Of a stretch of 64,000 nucleotides of DNA, positions 37,762 to 48,503 are shown one piece after another (position 1 is the first letter of the stretch; each line of letters starts with the position of its first letter). A program made the position numbers and the translations under genes. Source of the DNA: Dehalococcoidia bacterium (GTDB lineage Bacteria > Chloroflexota > Dehalococcoidia > SM23-28-2 > HRBIN24); NCBI GenBank assembly GCA_032249735.1, contig JAVVHA010000001.1, forward strand, positions 2,588 to 66,587, given 5' to 3'. The notes beneath the pieces are model-generated. The model had not been told where the DNA came from. It was given only the letters and a program-made list of their open reading frames with translations, and searched no databases.

Positions 37762-39592
37762 GGGAGTGAAGCTGGAAGCCCAGCTCCAGGTCCTCGCGCA
37801 GCAACTGGGCTAAGGCGTTGCCCGCCCTCCCCTCTCTCACGGCGGAGAAGGCCTCCTCTAGCAGATGCTGCTGGTCAGGGGCGCTCTCCTCCTGGTGAGT
37901 GGCGAGGGCGGCGGCGAGGGCGCGCTTACGGGCCCGGAGGTACCGCTCCTCCAGACGCCGCCGCACGTCCCCAAAGGCACGCCTACCATTATCATTATCC
38001 CACTTCTGGGGGAAACGCGTCCAAAGAGAAATAAGGCCGTCTGTGTAGGCCCACAGCTCCTCAGGCAGCTTCTGGGCCAGCTCCACTAGCGTCTGGCACT
38101 CCTTCCAGGCCCGAAAGACCTCTATGTTGGCCTGTTCCCAGAAAAGACCTTCGGGAAGGTCCTGGGCCTCGGGTCGCAGGTCTGGATAACGCAGGAGGAG
38201 GGAGAGGAGGAGACGCTCTGGGTCTGGGCCGTGCTCGCCCTCCCGCCGAGGGGCGGGCGATGGCTCCTGCCTGCGGCGGCGCATCATGGATGCCAACTCC
38301 TCTTCCCGCACCAGGGAGAGACGGGCGAGCTTTTGTAGGTAGTGGGCCCTGACGACGGGGTCGCCCACAGCGGCGATGATAGGCAGAAGCTCCTGCACCA
38401 GCTGCGAACGGGCCTGGGGGTCGCGCAGGTCTTTACCCTCTTGGGCGCGGCGGAAGCGGTAGTCTAGCACCGGCTCCGCCTCTGCCACCAACGCCTGCCA
38501 CAGCTGGGGCGATTCCCGGATGACCTCGTCGGGGTCGCGGCCTGGTGGGAGGATGGCCACCCGCAGGTCCACCCCGGCGGTGGTCTGGAAGCGTACCAGC
38601 CCGCGCCAGGTGAGCTCGGGCATCGTCTCTCCCTCAGATGCCTCCACCACCTGATGGCCTCGCAGCACGGCCTCGGCGCCGGCGGCATCGGCGTCCAATG
38701 CTAGGACGATGCGCCGGCAGTGGCGGCGCAGGGAACGCACGTGCCGCTCAGTGAGGGCGGTGCCCATGGAAGCCACCACGTTGGCGAACCCTGCCTGGTG
38801 GGCGGCTATGGCGTCCATGTACCCTTCGACGATGACGGCACAACCGCTACGCCTGATATCGTGGCGGGCCCTGTCCAGCAGGTAAAGCAGGCCCCCCTTA
38901 TCGAAGATGGGGGTCTGGGGGGTGTTGAGGTATTTGGGGTGGGAGTCGTCCAGGGCGCGGGCGCCAAAGCCCACCGGCCTACCCTGTTCGTCCCATATGG
39001 GGAACATGAGGCGCCCCCGGAAGCGGTCCCGCGTTAGCCCCTCGCTTGTCACCAGGAGGCCTGCCTCCAACACCTCCTCCAGCCGAAACCCCTTGCCCAT
39101 TAGGTGGCGCAGGAGGGCATCCCCACTGGGAGGGCTGTACCCCAGCATGAAGCGGCGGGCCGTGGCCATGTCTATACCCCTACCCTCCAGGTAGCGGCGG
39201 GCGTGGGCTGCGGTAGCGTCCTCCATCAGCAGGCGGTGGTAGAACTCCATGGCCGCCTCATGGGCCTGATATAGACGCTGGCGGCGGGCCTCCTCCTGAG
39301 GGGAACGGGGTGATGGGAGCTCCACCCCCGCTCTCTGAGCCAGCATCCGCAGGGCCTCCCCGAACCCCACCCCTTCCTTGCGCATGATGAAAGAGAAGAC
39401 GTCCCCCCCTGTATTGCACGCCCCGAAGCAGTGCCAGCTCTGCCGCTCAGGGGACACGTAAAAGGAGGGGGTGCGCTCCGTGTGGAAGGGGCATAGGGCC
39501 CGATAGAGGCGTCCTGCCCTGCGGAGGGGCACATATTGGCCCACTACTTCTACAATATCCAGCCGCGCTTTGATTTCGGAGACGATGTCCAT
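37721..39592 (-). CDS. dnaG: DNA primase
   Basis: Zinc-binding [11 protein letters not shown]...CFGC, and a TOPRIM region ([11 protein letters not shown]). Confidence 0.9.
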   Translation of the reverse strand: MDIVSEIKARLDIVEVVGQYVPLRRAGRLYRALCPFHTERTPSFYVSPERQSWHCFGACNTGGDVFSFIMRKEGVGFGEALRMLAQRAGVELPSPRSPQEEARRQRLYQAHEAAMEFYHRLLMEDATAAHARRYLEGRGIDMATARRFMLGYSPPSGDALLRHLMGKGFRLEEVLEAGLLVTSEGLTRDRFRGRLMFPIWDEQGRPVGFGARALDDSHPKYLNTPQTPIFDKGGLLYLLDRARHDIRRSGCAVIVEGYMDAIAAHQAGFANVVASMGTALTERHVRSLRRHCRRIVLALDADAAGAEAVLRGHQVVEASEGETMPELTWRGLVRFQTTAGVDLRVAILPPGRDPDEVIRESPQLWQALVAEAEPVLDYRFRRAQEGKDLRDPQARSQLVQELLPIIAAVGDPVVRAHYLQKLARLSLVREEELASMMRRRRQEPSPAPRREGEHGPDPERLLLSLLLRYPDLRPEAQDLPEGLFWEQANIEVFRAWKECQTLVELAQKLPEELWAYTDGLISLWTRFPQKWDNDNGRRAFGDVRRRLEERYLRARKRALAAALATHQEESAPDQQHLLEEAFSAVREGRAGNALAQLLREDLELGFQLHSRAAQREANSHAEA

Positions 39593-39639
39593 AGACCTTC
39601 CCATATGATAACGCTTTCCTGGCCTCGTGCGTTACCTTT

Positions 39640-40710
39640 TTAGCACAGAGGTTCCAGAGAAGACAAGGGCGTTAGGCCCAGACGGCGGGCCATCTGGAGG
39701 GCGAAGTGGTCGGTCATGCCCGAGACGTAGTCGGCGGCCTTGCGCCAGGGAGGGTCATCTGGGACTACGTAATCGCTCTTGATCTCGTCCGGGTGCTCCA
39801 AGTAGTAAAGGTAGAGGGCGCGGACGATGGCCTTGGCCTGCTCGGCCTCCTGCCGTCTTCCCTCCCACAGATACACTCGTTCAAAGAGGAAGTCCCGCAG
39901 GGCGTTGGCCGCCGTGTGCACCTTGGGGCCCATCAGTATACGGGGTTGCACGTGGAGGCCCAGCTCACCGGTGGCTGCCCAGGAGGCGGCCACGATGTCC
40001 CTGACCATGGTATCGATGCGCTGGCTGGGCGTGCGCCCCAGCACCTCCTGGACGATGGGGGGGAGATCGTCCTCGGTGATGAGGCCAGCGCGGATGGCGT
40101 CGGCCACATCATGGTTGAGGTAGGCGACGGCGTCCGCCAGCTTCACCACCTGTCCTTCCAGGGTGGAGGGCATCCCCTCTCCCTCGCCTAGGATGTCGTG
40201 GCGGGGCTTGGAGCTGAAGCGGATGCCGTCCCGCACCTCCCAGGTGAGATTGAGACCCTGCCCGCCGTTCTCCAACTGCTCCACCACGCGCAGACCCTGT
40301 TCGGCATGGCGGAACCCTCCTGGCACCAGCTCGTCCAGGGCCGCCTCGCCGGCATGGCCAAAGGGGGGGTGCCCGATGTCGTGGGCCAGGGCGATGGCCT
40401 CCGCCAGGTCCTCATTGAGGTTTAGGGCCCGGGCGATGGTGCGAGCGATCTGGGCCACCTCCAGGGTATGGGTGAGGCGGGTGACGAAGTGGTCCCCCTG
40501 GGGGGCGACGAACACCTGCGTCTTATGCTTGAGGCGACGGAAGGCCTTGCTATGGAGTATGCGGTCCCGGTCCCTCTGGAACTCGTTGCGCAGGGGACAG
40601 GGCGCCTCCGGCCTCTGCCGACCGCGGCTTTGAAAGCTTTTGGCGGCAAAAGGCGAAAGGAGGTGCTCCCTCTCCTCCAGGCGCCGGCGCACCTCCTCCA
40701 GAGGGGCCAT
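39640..40710 (-). CDS. dgt: dGTP triphosphohydrolase-like HD-domain protein
   Basis: FQRDRDRILHSKAFRRLKHKTQV and HTLEVAQIAR...AHDIGHPPFGH are dGTPase-family motifs. Confidence 0.85.
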   Translation of the reverse strand: MAPLEEVRRRLEEREHLLSPFAAKSFQSRGRQRPEAPCPLRNEFQRDRDRILHSKAFRRLKHKTQVFVAPQGDHFVTRLTHTLEVAQIARTIARALNLNEDLAEAIALAHDIGHPPFGHAGEAALDELVPGGFRHAEQGLRVVEQLENGGQGLNLTWEVRDGIRFSSKPRHDILGEGEGMPSTLEGQVVKLADAVAYLNHDVADAIRAGLITEDDLPPIVQEVLGRTPSQRIDTMVRDIVAASWAATGELGLHVQPRILMGPKVHTAANALRDFLFERVYLWEGRRQEAEQAKAIVRALYLYYLEHPDEIKSDYVVPDDPPWRKAADYVSGMTDHFALQMARRLGLTPLSSLEPLC

Positions 40711-40714
40711 GGCC

Positions 40715-42991
40715 CTAACCCACGACCAGCGAGGACAGCTCAGCTTCCACCTGGGCCACCAGCTCTCGTGTGCTGTCGATGACGTCTGGGTTGATGGAGA
40801 TGGAGGTGATGCCCCACTCCACCAGCTTGCGGGTCAGCTCTGGGAAGTCGCTGGGGGCCTGGCCGCAGATGGAGACGGTGACTCCTCGCCGTAGAGCCCC
40901 CCGCACCAGTATGCGGAGGGCCTCCATGACCGCCTCGTTGCGCTCGTCGAACTCCTGGGCCAGCATAGCGCTGTCCCGGTCCACCCCCAACAGCAGCTGC
41001 GTCAGATCGTTGGAGCCGATGCTGATGCCGTCGATGCCCACGTCCAGGAACTTGTCCAGGATGAGGACGTTGGAGGGCACCTCGGCCATCATCCAGAGCT
41101 TGAAGTGGTTAGAGCGGTGAAGGCCAGCTCCCTCCACCAGGGCCTTGACGGCCGCCAGCTCCTCAGGGGTCCGCACGAAGGGGATCATGAGCCAGAGGTT
41201 GTTGTAGTCCTTGCGCACCCGCTTGATGGCCTCCAGCTCCAACTGGAAGACCTCTGGCTCGCGGATGTAGCGGCAGGCGCCCCGGTAGCCGATCATGGGG
41301 TTCTCCTCATGAGGCTCGTACCGGTCGCCCCCCTGCAGGTTGCGGTATTCGTTGGTCTTGAAATCGGTAGCCCTGTAGACCACCGGCCGCGGATAGAAGG
41401 CGCGAGCGAACCGCCGCAGACCGTCGGCCAGCCGCTCGATGAACCATTCGCCCTTCCCCTCTTCGAGGCAGAGGCGGGGATGGACCCCTATGTGCTCGGC
41501 GATGATGAACTCGGCGCGCAGAAGCCCCACGCCGTCCACGTTCCTCTGGGCTACCACCTCCGCCAGCTCCGGCTCGGCCAGGTTGACATAAATCTTGGTC
41601 CGGGTCTTGAGACGGGCAGCCTTAGCCCGCCGCTCCTGTTCCTGCCGCCACCACCGGATGCGTCTCTCCGCCACCCCCTCATATACGCGCCCAGAGGACC
41701 CGTCCACTGTCACCAGCTGCCCGTCCTTGAGCTTCTGGGTGGCCCCCTCCACACCCATTACCAGGGGTATGCCCAGCTCGCGGCTGACGATGGCGGCGTG
41801 GCAGGTGCGACCTCCCCTCTCGGTGATGATGGCCACTGCCCTCTTCATCGCCGGCACCCAGTCGGGGGCGGTCATGACGGTCACCAGGACGTCGCCCTCC
41901 TCCACCTTGGCCAGGGCCTCTTCGGCGCTCAGGGCCACCTTGATGCGCCCCATGGCCACTCCGGGGCTGCCACCGCTGCCCTGTATGAGGACGGGGGCCT
42001 CCTCCTCTTCCTCCTCTTCTACGGCTGTGGCCACGGTGACAGTGACGGGGCGGGTCTGGACGATGTAGAACTGGCCCTCCTCCTCGGCCCATTCGATGTC
42101 CTGTGGAGTCCCGTAATACTCCTCGATGTCCCGGGCCAGGGCGGCCAGGGCGCGGATCTCGTCGTCGCTCAGCTTCTGCCGCTCCCTTTCCTCAGGAGGC
42201 ACCTCCTCCCAACGGTTGCGCTGGCGGTGATGGGGTGCCGTGGGGTCCAACACCAGCCGCCGCTCCTGGCGGGCCACCTGCTTCTCCAGGATGCGGAGGG
42301 TGGCCTTTTCCACCACATAAGAGTCAGGGGTAACAGCGCCAGAGACCATGGCCTCCCCAAGGCCATATACGGCCTCGATAACCATGCGGTTGGCCTGGCC
42401 CGACACCGGCTCGATGGTGAAGATGACGCCCGAGCGGCGCGACTGAACCATGCGCTGCACGGGGACGGCGATGGCCACCTCCAGGTGGTCGAACCCCTTT
42501 TGGGCCCGGTAGAAGATGGCCCGGTCCTCGAAAAGGGAGGCCCAGCAGTCCTGCACTGCCTTCACCACCTCGTCCTCTCCACGGACGTTGAGGAAGGTGG
42601 CCTGCTGCCCAGCGAAGGAGGCCTCCAGCATGTCTTCAGCAGTGGCCGAGCTCCGCACAGCCACCAGGCCGTCGCCGAGGCGGCGGTAGCCCTCGCGAAT
42701 AGCCTCCTCCACTTCCCGGGGCATCGGGGCCGAGCGGATGAGCTCCCTGATTTGCGCCCCTGTGCGCTGCAGGGCTTGTGGGTCGTTCACGTCGAGAGAC
42801 GAGAGGAGTTCACGGATGGTAGGTGCGATGCCCGATTGCGAGAGGAACCGGCGATAAGCCTCGGCGGTGACAATGAAGGCGGGGGGCACTGGCATCCCCG
42901 CCTTCTTCATCTCACCTAGGTTGGCGCCTTTGCCGCCTACATCACCCACGTCATCCTTACCCACCTCGTCCAGCCACTTTATGAGGCCCAT
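40715..42991 (-). CDS. ppsA: Phosphoenolpyruvate synthase (PEP/pyruvate-binding, PEP-utilising His, PEP-utilising C-terminal domains)
   Basis: DVGGKGANLGEM N-terminus, the phospho-histidine region, and C-terminal CGQAPSDFPE. The start is taken at Met13 (42991), which is preceded by the SD GGGAGGG. Confidence 0.85.
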   Translation of the reverse strand: MGLIKWLDEVGKDDVGDVGGKGANLGEMKKAGMPVPPAFIVTAEAYRRFLSQSGIAPTIRELLSSLDVNDPQALQRTGAQIRELIRSAPMPREVEEAIREGYRRLGDGLVAVRSSATAEDMLEASFAGQQATFLNVRGEDEVVKAVQDCWASLFEDRAIFYRAQKGFDHLEVAIAVPVQRMVQSRRSGVIFTIEPVSGQANRMVIEAVYGLGEAMVSGAVTPDSYVVEKATLRILEKQVARQERRLVLDPTAPHHRQRNRWEEVPPEERERQKLSDDEIRALAALARDIEEYYGTPQDIEWAEEEGQFYIVQTRPVTVTVATAVEEEEEEEAPVLIQGSGGSPGVAMGRIKVALSAEEALAKVEEGDVLVTVMTAPDWVPAMKRAVAIITERGGRTCHAAIVSRELGIPLVMGVEGATQKLKDGQLVTVDGSSGRVYEGVAERRIRWWRQEQERRAKAARLKTRTKIYVNLAEPELAEVVAQRNVDGVGLLRAEFIIAEHIGVHPRLCLEEGKGEWFIERLADGLRRFARAFYPRPVVYRATDFKTNEYRNLQGGDRYEPHEENPMIGYRGACRYIREPEVFQLELEAIKRVRKDYNNLWLMIPFVRTPEELAAVKALVEGAGLHRSNHFKLWMMAEVPSNVLILDKFLDVGIDGISIGSNDLTQLLLGVDRDSAMLAQEFDERNEAVMEALRILVRGALRRGVTVSICGQAPSDFPELTRKLVEWGITSISINPDVIDSTRELVAQVEAELSSLVVG

Positions 42992-42995
42992 GACA

Positions 42996-43031
42996 GATCC
43001 CTCCCTCGCCAAGGAGTTCGCATCCATTATA
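42996..43031 (-). promoter_or_regulatory. Putative ppsA -10 element (tgGTGTATAAT) plus strong SD (GGGAGGG) for the Met13 start
   Basis: On the minus strand, TATAAT overlaps the ORF-track's first ATG. GAGGGAGGG lies 7 nt upstream of the in-frame ATG at 42991. This is an AT-rich 60-nt intergenic island in GC-rich DNA. Confidence 0.3.
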
Positions 43032-43094
43032 CACCAGGCTCCATAGGCGCCGCCAATTGCAAAGGAGCGGGCTAATAAAGATAACTGTTAAAGC

Positions 43095-44936
43095 TTATTC
43101 CACGGTGACGGTCTTGGCCAGGTGGCGGGGCTGGTCCACATCGCAGCCACGGCGGACGGCGATGTAGTAGGCAAAGAACTGGAGAGGCACCACGGTGAGG
43201 ACGGGCAGAAGGAGGGGCGAGAGGTGGGGGACCCATAGGACGTGATGGGCCAGGCGGGCTATCTCCTCGTCTCCCTCGTTGGCCACCACGATGAGGGTGC
43301 CATCGCGGGCCCGCACCTGTTCCAGGTTGTTGCGCATCTTGTCACGCAGGTGGTCGCGCACGGCGATGGCCACCACCGGCATGTCCCGGTCGATGAGGGC
43401 GATGGGACCATGCTTCATCTCGCCTGCCGGGTAGCCCTCGGCGTGGATATACGAGACCTCCTTCAGCTTCAGCGCCCCCTCTAAGGCGATGGGGTACTGG
43501 ATACCTCTGCCGAGGTAGAGGAAGTTGCGCAGGTGGGCGAACTGATATGCCAGGGCCTCATACTGGGGGGCGCGTTTGGTGAGCTCCCCCATTAGGAAGG
43601 GAAGGCGGGCCAGTGGGGGGAGGAGGCGTGCCAGGCCTTGAGCATCGACTGTGCCCCGCAGGCGCCCCATATAACAGGCCAGAAGATAGAGGGCCACGAG
43701 GGAGGCGGTGAAGGTCTTGGTGCTGCAAACGCCGATCTCCAGCCCGCAGCGGGTGTAGACCACGCCATCGGCCATGCGAGTGGCCTGGCTACCTACCACA
43801 TTGCACACCACCACCTGGCGGGCGCCGCGGCGTCGGGCCTCCTCCATGGCTGCCAGGGTGTCGGCCGTCTCCCCCGACTGGGTGACGGCCACCACTAAGG
43901 TCTTGGGCCCGATGAGGGGGTCGCGATAGCGGAACTCGGAGGCGTTGTCAGCTTCAGCGGGGACGCGGGCGATGGCCTCCATATAGTGGCGTCCCACCAT
44001 GGCGGCGTGGAGGCTGGTGCCCATGCCCACTAAGACCACCCGCTCCACGTCCAGGAGGAGCTGGGGGTCCACCTCCTCCAGAGTCAGGTCCAGAGATTCC
44101 AGATCTATACGGCCCCTCACGGTATCCAGGATTACCTCGGGCTGTTCCATCATCTCCTTGAGCATGAAGTGTTTGTAGGGACCCTTGGCTGCCGATACGG
44201 GGTCATAGGGCACCAACGTGGGCGTCTTGGGGATGGGTTGGCCTGTGACCAGGGAACGGATGCAAACACTGTGCGAGGTGGCCTCGGCCATCTCGCCATC
44301 GGCCACGAAGATGACCTGGCGGGTAAGGGGCAGAAGGGCGGGGAGGTCGCTGGCGATGATGGTTTCCCCCTGCCCCAGCCCCACCACGATGCCACCGGCG
44401 TTGCCCAGGCGGGCAGCGGCTATCTGGCCCGGGGCCGAGCGGGCCATGGCCACTACGGCGTGGGCCCCTTGGAGGCGGAGCATGGCCCGCCGTAAGGCCT
44501 CCCCTAGGGGGAGCCCCTCCTCCAGCCCCTCTTCCACCATGTGGGCGATGATCTCCGAATCGGTCTCCGAGCGGAAGCGGTGGCCCTTGGCTATCAAGGC
44601 CTCCTTCAGAACATGGTGCCGCTCGATGATGCCGTTGTGGACCACCACCACTTGCTCGTGGCAATCGGTATGAGGATGGGCGTTGACGTCGGTGGGGCGG
44701 CCATGAGTAGCCCAGCGGGTGTGCCCCAGGCCCATGTTGCCGCTGGGCCAGGCGTCCTCCAGGGAGCGGGCCAGCTCCTCCAGCTTGCCTGCTCGCTTGC
44801 ACACGGTGAGAACGCCGTTCTCGTCCAGGACAGCGAGCCCGGCAGAATCATAGCCCCTATATTCCAGGCGGCGCAGGGCGTCGAGGATGATGGGGGCGGC
44901 TGGCCTACTTCCCACGTAGCCTACGATGCCACACAT
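43095..44936 (-). CDS. glmS: Glutamine--fructose-6-phosphate aminotransferase
   Basis: MCGIVGYVG N-terminal nucleophile (Ntn) amidotransferase start, two SIS domains, and C-terminal ...VTVE. Confidence 0.95.
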   Translation of the reverse strand: MCGIVGYVGSRPAAPIILDALRRLEYRGYDSAGLAVLDENGVLTVCKRAGKLEELARSLEDAWPSGNMGLGHTRWATHGRPTDVNAHPHTDCHEQVVVVHNGIIERHHVLKEALIAKGHRFRSETDSEIIAHMVEEGLEEGLPLGEALRRAMLRLQGAHAVVAMARSAPGQIAAARLGNAGGIVVGLGQGETIIASDLPALLPLTRQVIFVADGEMAEATSHSVCIRSLVTGQPIPKTPTLVPYDPVSAAKGPYKHFMLKEMMEQPEVILDTVRGRIDLESLDLTLEEVDPQLLLDVERVVLVGMGTSLHAAMVGRHYMEAIARVPAEADNASEFRYRDPLIGPKTLVVAVTQSGETADTLAAMEEARRRGARQVVVCNVVGSQATRMADGVVYTRCGLEIGVCSTKTFTASLVALYLLACYMGRLRGTVDAQGLARLLPPLARLPFLMGELTKRAPQYEALAYQFAHLRNFLYLGRGIQYPIALEGALKLKEVSYIHAEGYPAGEMKHGPIALIDRDMPVVAIAVRDHLRDKMRNNLEQVRARDGTLIVVANEGDEEIARLAHHVLWVPHLSPLLLPVLTVVPLQFFAYYIAVRRGCDVDQPRHLAKTVTVE

Positions 44937-44960
44937 GGGCGCACGCTCTGCAGGAAGAAC

Positions 44961-45818
44961 TCAAAGCTGACCTTCTTGGTCCAGTTGGCGGAGGCGGCTC
45001 ACCACCTCTTGCACCGCCCAGTCGGGGGTGGAGGCGCCGGCGGTGATGCCTACCTTCCTACAGCCCCGCACCCAAGCCGGGTCTAGCTCCTCGGCCCTCT
45101 CGATGTGGTATGTGGGGACGCCTGTCTCCTGGCACACCTCCGCCAGATGGCGGGTGTTGGCGCTGTTACGGCCCCCCACCACGATGACCACATCCACCTG
45201 GCGCGCCAGCTCCCTTGCTGCTTCCTGCTGGGAGGATGTGACGTTACATAGGGTGCCCACCAGGCGGAACTCATGGATCTCCTCTATGCGTTCCTGGAGC
45301 AGCTGTGCCACAAAGGCCGCGAACTTGCGCGGCTCCTGCGTTGTTTGGGAGATGACGGCGATGCGGGAAAGGCCCCGGGGCACCTGCGACACGTCCGTGA
45401 CGGCCATGCCCTTCCCTTCCGTCCAGGCGAGCACGCCCTTCACCTCCCGGTGCTGGGCGTCGCCGAAGATGATGATTGTAAAGCCCTGCTGGGCCATGCG
45501 CCGCGCCCATCTCTGGGACCTGGTGACGATGGGGCAGGTGGTGTCGATGAGCCTTATCCCCTTCTCCCTGGCCAACCGGTAGATCTCCGGGCCGGCGCCG
45601 TGGGCAGTGATGGCCAAGGGCTTGCCCTCCTGAATGGGGATATTCCCATTTATGGCCCGGACCCCTCGCTTCTCCAGCTCCGCCATGACCAAGGGGTTGT
45701 GGACGATGGGGCCCAGACTGTAGACCTCGCCCTCTTGCTGAACCACCTCTTCCATGATGGAGATGGCCCGCCTAACCCCCCAACAGAAGCCCATGTCCCT
45801 GGCTAGGATGATCTCCAT
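44961..45818 (-). CDS. ispH: 4-hydroxy-3-methylbut-2-enyl diphosphate reductase
   Basis: ARDMGFCWGVRRAI, TTCPIV and ...VISQTTQ are LytB/IspH Fe-S Cys motifs. Confidence 0.9.
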   Translation of the reverse strand: MEIILARDMGFCWGVRRAISIMEEVVQQEGEVYSLGPIVHNPLVMAELEKRGVRAINGNIPIQEGKPLAITAHGAGPEIYRLAREKGIRLIDTTCPIVTRSQRWARRMAQQGFTIIIFGDAQHREVKGVLAWTEGKGMAVTDVSQVPRGLSRIAVISQTTQEPRKFAAFVAQLLQERIEEIHEFRLVGTLCNVTSSQQEAARELARQVDVVIVVGGRNSANTRHLAEVCQETGVPTYHIERAEELDPAWVRGCRKVGITAGASTPDWAVQEVVSRLRQLDQEGQL

Positions 45819-46528
45819 GTTCTCCCTACGTCCTCGGCAAAAAACCTTCCCTCAAGGCTAGCATAAAACCCCCTATAGGGAGGGTCTAGTAGCCGAGCGA
45901 TGTGCAACATGATGACCTGCGTGGCCTCTTCCACCACTGGGGTGGTGATGCGTGGCGGTCGCTCCAGCTGCAAGGGGCGGCCGAAGACGAGCTTTACAGG
46001 TTTTCTGCCTCTGAGGAAGGCCCAGAAGTCCCTGGGCAGCCTGATGTTCTCGGTGCCCATAATGCCCACGGGCAGCACCGGCACCCCCGTCTGTAGAGCC
46101 AGGAGGGCGGTGCCGGGATAGGCCCGGCCCATGCCTGGACGCCCGCTGCGCGTTCCCTCGGGGAACATGCCTAGGGCCAGCCCCCTCTCCAGGGACTGGC
46201 GCGCCCGCCGCAAGGCCCTCAGGTCGGCCTCGAAGCGGCGCACTGATATGCACCCGAAGAGGCGCAGCAACGGGCCCAGGATCGGTGATTGGAATAGCTC
46301 CTGCTTGGCCATCCACACGATGCGCCGTGGCGTCTCCACGGTGATTATAGGTGGGTCGGCCAGGGATATGTGGTTGCTGGCAAGGATGAACGGGCCCTTA
46401 AGGGGTACGTTCTCCCTGCCCACCACCTCTAGGCGGGCATTGACGTGGACGAGGAGCCACGCCCACGTGCGGGTGTTAGCCCAGTACCAGGGGGCGACGA
46501 CGGCGTCAGGCACACCTTGCCTCCACAA
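45803..46528 (-). CDS. plsC: 1-acyl-sn-glycerol-3-phosphate acyltransferase
   Basis: ASNHISLADPP (HxxxxD) and FPEGTRS motifs. Confidence 0.75.
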   Translation of the reverse strand: MWRQGVPDAVVAPWYWANTRTWAWLLVHVNARLEVVGRENVPLKGPFILASNHISLADPPIITVETPRRIVWMAKQELFQSPILGPLLRLFGCISVRRFEADLRALRRARQSLERGLALGMFPEGTRSGRPGMGRAYPGTALLALQTGVPVLPVGIMGTENIRLPRDFWAFLRGRKPVKLVFGRPLQLERPPRITTPVVEEATQVIMLHIARLLDPPYRGFYASLEGRFFAEDVGRTWRSS

Positions 46529-47207
46529 GGCTCATCACCCTCTCCACCACCTGCTCCAAGCTCAGGCCTTCGGTATCGATGATGACGGCGTCAGGGGCTG
46601 GCCGGAGGGGGGCCACCGGCCGGTGGGAATCCATCTCGTCCCGATGCTGCAGCTCCCGCATCACCTCTTGGAGGGTAGCCCTCTGGCCCAGCTCCCTCAA
46701 TTGGCGGAGGCGGCGGCGGGCCCGCTCGGCCAGGGGCGCGTCCAGGTAGACCTTCACATCGGCATCGGGCAGGACCACGGTGCCGATGTCCCGTCCCGCT
46801 ACCACCACACAGCCCTGTTGGGCCAGACGGCGCTGCAGCCCCAGCAAAGCTTCCCTGACGGAGGCGATCTGGGAGATGCGGGAGACCACCTCCTCCACCT
46901 TGGGATGGCGCAGGAAAGGGGTGATGTCTTGACCGTCCACTGTAATGACGGTGGGCTCCACCGCCTCTGGCGGGGCCGGGTATAGCTCCACATGTATCTC
47001 CTGCGCCAGGGCTGTCAGGGCGGCGGCGTCGTCGGCGCTGATGCCCCTGCTTAAGGCCACCCAGGTGAGGGCACGGTAGAGGAGGCCTGTATCCACGAAG
47101 GCATAGCCCAGACGGTGGGCCACCTCCCGCCCCACAGAGGTCTTGCCCGCCGCCCCAGGCCCATCGATGGCGATCTTGAGGTGCCTGCATCCCATGCCCG
47201 CTCCCAC
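46506..47207 (-). CDS. cmk: Cytidylate kinase
   Basis: IAIDGPGAAGKTSV P-loop and DTGLLYRA. Confidence 0.85.
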   Translation of the reverse strand: MGAGMGCRHLKIAIDGPGAAGKTSVGREVAHRLGYAFVDTGLLYRALTWVALSRGISADDAAALTALAQEIHVELYPAPPEAVEPTVITVDGQDITPFLRHPKVEEVVSRISQIASVREALLGLQRRLAQQGCVVVAGRDIGTVVLPDADVKVYLDAPLAERARRRLRQLRELGQRATLQEVMRELQHRDEMDSHRPVAPLRPAPDAVIIDTEGLSLEQVVERVMSLVEARCA

Positions 47208-47294
47208 ATTTTACCCCGTGGATGACCACTGTTGACATGGGCATCGCGCAGGGTTACCTTCGGGATAGCGAGGTAAAGCCCGAGGAGGTGGGTC

Positions 47295-48503
47295 ATGGCT
47301 GAGACGACGCTGTATACTCTCATCACCCCTGAGATAAGGGAGCTGCGGGCCAAGACCAAGGCCTTTATGGAGGAGAACATATACCCCAACGAGCCCGTAT
47401 TTCGCCGTGGTGGTTCCGAAGCCGATGAGCTCATGAAGTCCCTCCGCCAGAAAGTGAAGCAGATGGGCATGTGGGCCCCCCATATGCCCAAGGAGGCCGG
47501 GGGCATGGGCATCGGCTTCCTGAAGTACGTGTTCATGAACGAGATCTTGGGCCGTAGCTTCTGGGCCCCCATCGCCTTTGGCTGTCAGGCCCCCGACTCA
47601 GGCAACGCCGAGATCCTATGGCTCTTCGGCACTGAGGAGCAAAAGGAACGCTGGCTTAAGCCCCTGGTGAACGGCGATATCTATTCCTGCTTCTCCATGA
47701 CGGAGCCTCATACCCCCGGCTCGGACCCCACCATGCTTCAGACGCAGGCTGTTCGGGACGGGGACGAGTGGGTTATCAATGGCCGCAAGTGGTTCACATC
47801 GGGTGCTGGCAGGGCGGCCTTCGCCATCGTCATGGCCGTCACCGACCCCGACGCCCATCCCCACCGCCGGGCCACCATGATCATCGTGCCCACTGATACC
47901 CCTGGCTTCAAGATCGTGCGGTCCATCCCCGTGATGGGGGAGGAGCACAGCGAGCACTACGAAGTGGAGTACGACAACTGTCGCGTGCCCATCACCAACA
48001 CCCTGGGCCAGCCTGGGGATGGGTTCCTCATCGCCCAGAAGCGGCTGGGGCCAGGTCGGATCCATCACTGCATGCGGTGGTTGGGCCAGTGCCAACGGGC
48101 CTTCGAGATGATGTGTCGACGGGCTCTCGACCGGCACGCCTTTGGCGGTCCCTTGGCCGATAAGCAGGCCATCCAGTGGATGATCGCCGAGTCGGCGGCC
48201 GAGATCCAGGCCTTTCGCCTCCTCACCATGCACGCCGCGGCCAAGATCGACCGCGGCGAGGACGCCCGGGTGGAGATCTCGCTCATCAAGTTCTTTGGGG
48301 CCGAGGTCCTGAACCGGGTGATAGACCGGGCGGTGCAGGTGCACGGGGCCCTGGGGGTGACTGAGGACACGCCCCTATCCATGATGTTCCGTCAGGCCCG
48401 TATGGGGCGCATTTACGATGGGCCCGACGAGGTGCACAAGATGGTGGTGGCCCGCCGCATCCTCAACACTTTCCGTCAGGGCCAGGTTTGGGAGTTCGAG
48501 TAG
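47295..48503 (+). CDS. Acyl-CoA dehydrogenase
   Basis: 402 aa; CFSMTEPHTPGSDP, and the ACAD middle and C-terminal domains; SD GAGGAGG upstream. Confidence 0.85.
   Translation: MAETTLYTLITPEIRELRAKTKAFMEENIYPNEPVFRRGGSEADELMKSLRQKVKQMGMWAPHMPKEAGGMGIGFLKYVFMNEILGRSFWAPIAFGCQAPDSGNAEILWLFGTEEQKERWLKPLVNGDIYSCFSMTEPHTPGSDPTMLQTQAVRDGDEWVINGRKWFTSGAGRAAFAIVMAVTDPDAHPHRRATMIIVPTDTPGFKIVRSIPVMGEEHSEHYEVEYDNCRVPITNTLGQPGDGFLIAQKRLGPGRIHHCMRWLGQCQRAFEMMCRRALDRHAFGGPLADKQAIQWMIAESAAEIQAFRLLTMHAAAKIDRGEDARVEISLIKFFGAEVLNRVIDRAVQVHGALGVTEDTPLSMMFRQARMGRIYDGPDEVHKMVVARRILNTFRQGQVWEFE

Noticed and set aside
39640-40710. dGTPase (Dgt) as an anti-phage dNTP-depletion defence gene
   Set aside because: It sits in the conserved macromolecular-synthesis context (dgt-dnaG-rpoD) typical of housekeeping dGTPases, and no other defence genes are adjacent.
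44937-44960. glmS ribozyme / riboswitch upstream of glmS
   Set aside because: Only about 24 nt separate ispH from glmS. This is far too short for the roughly 150-nt glmS ribozyme.
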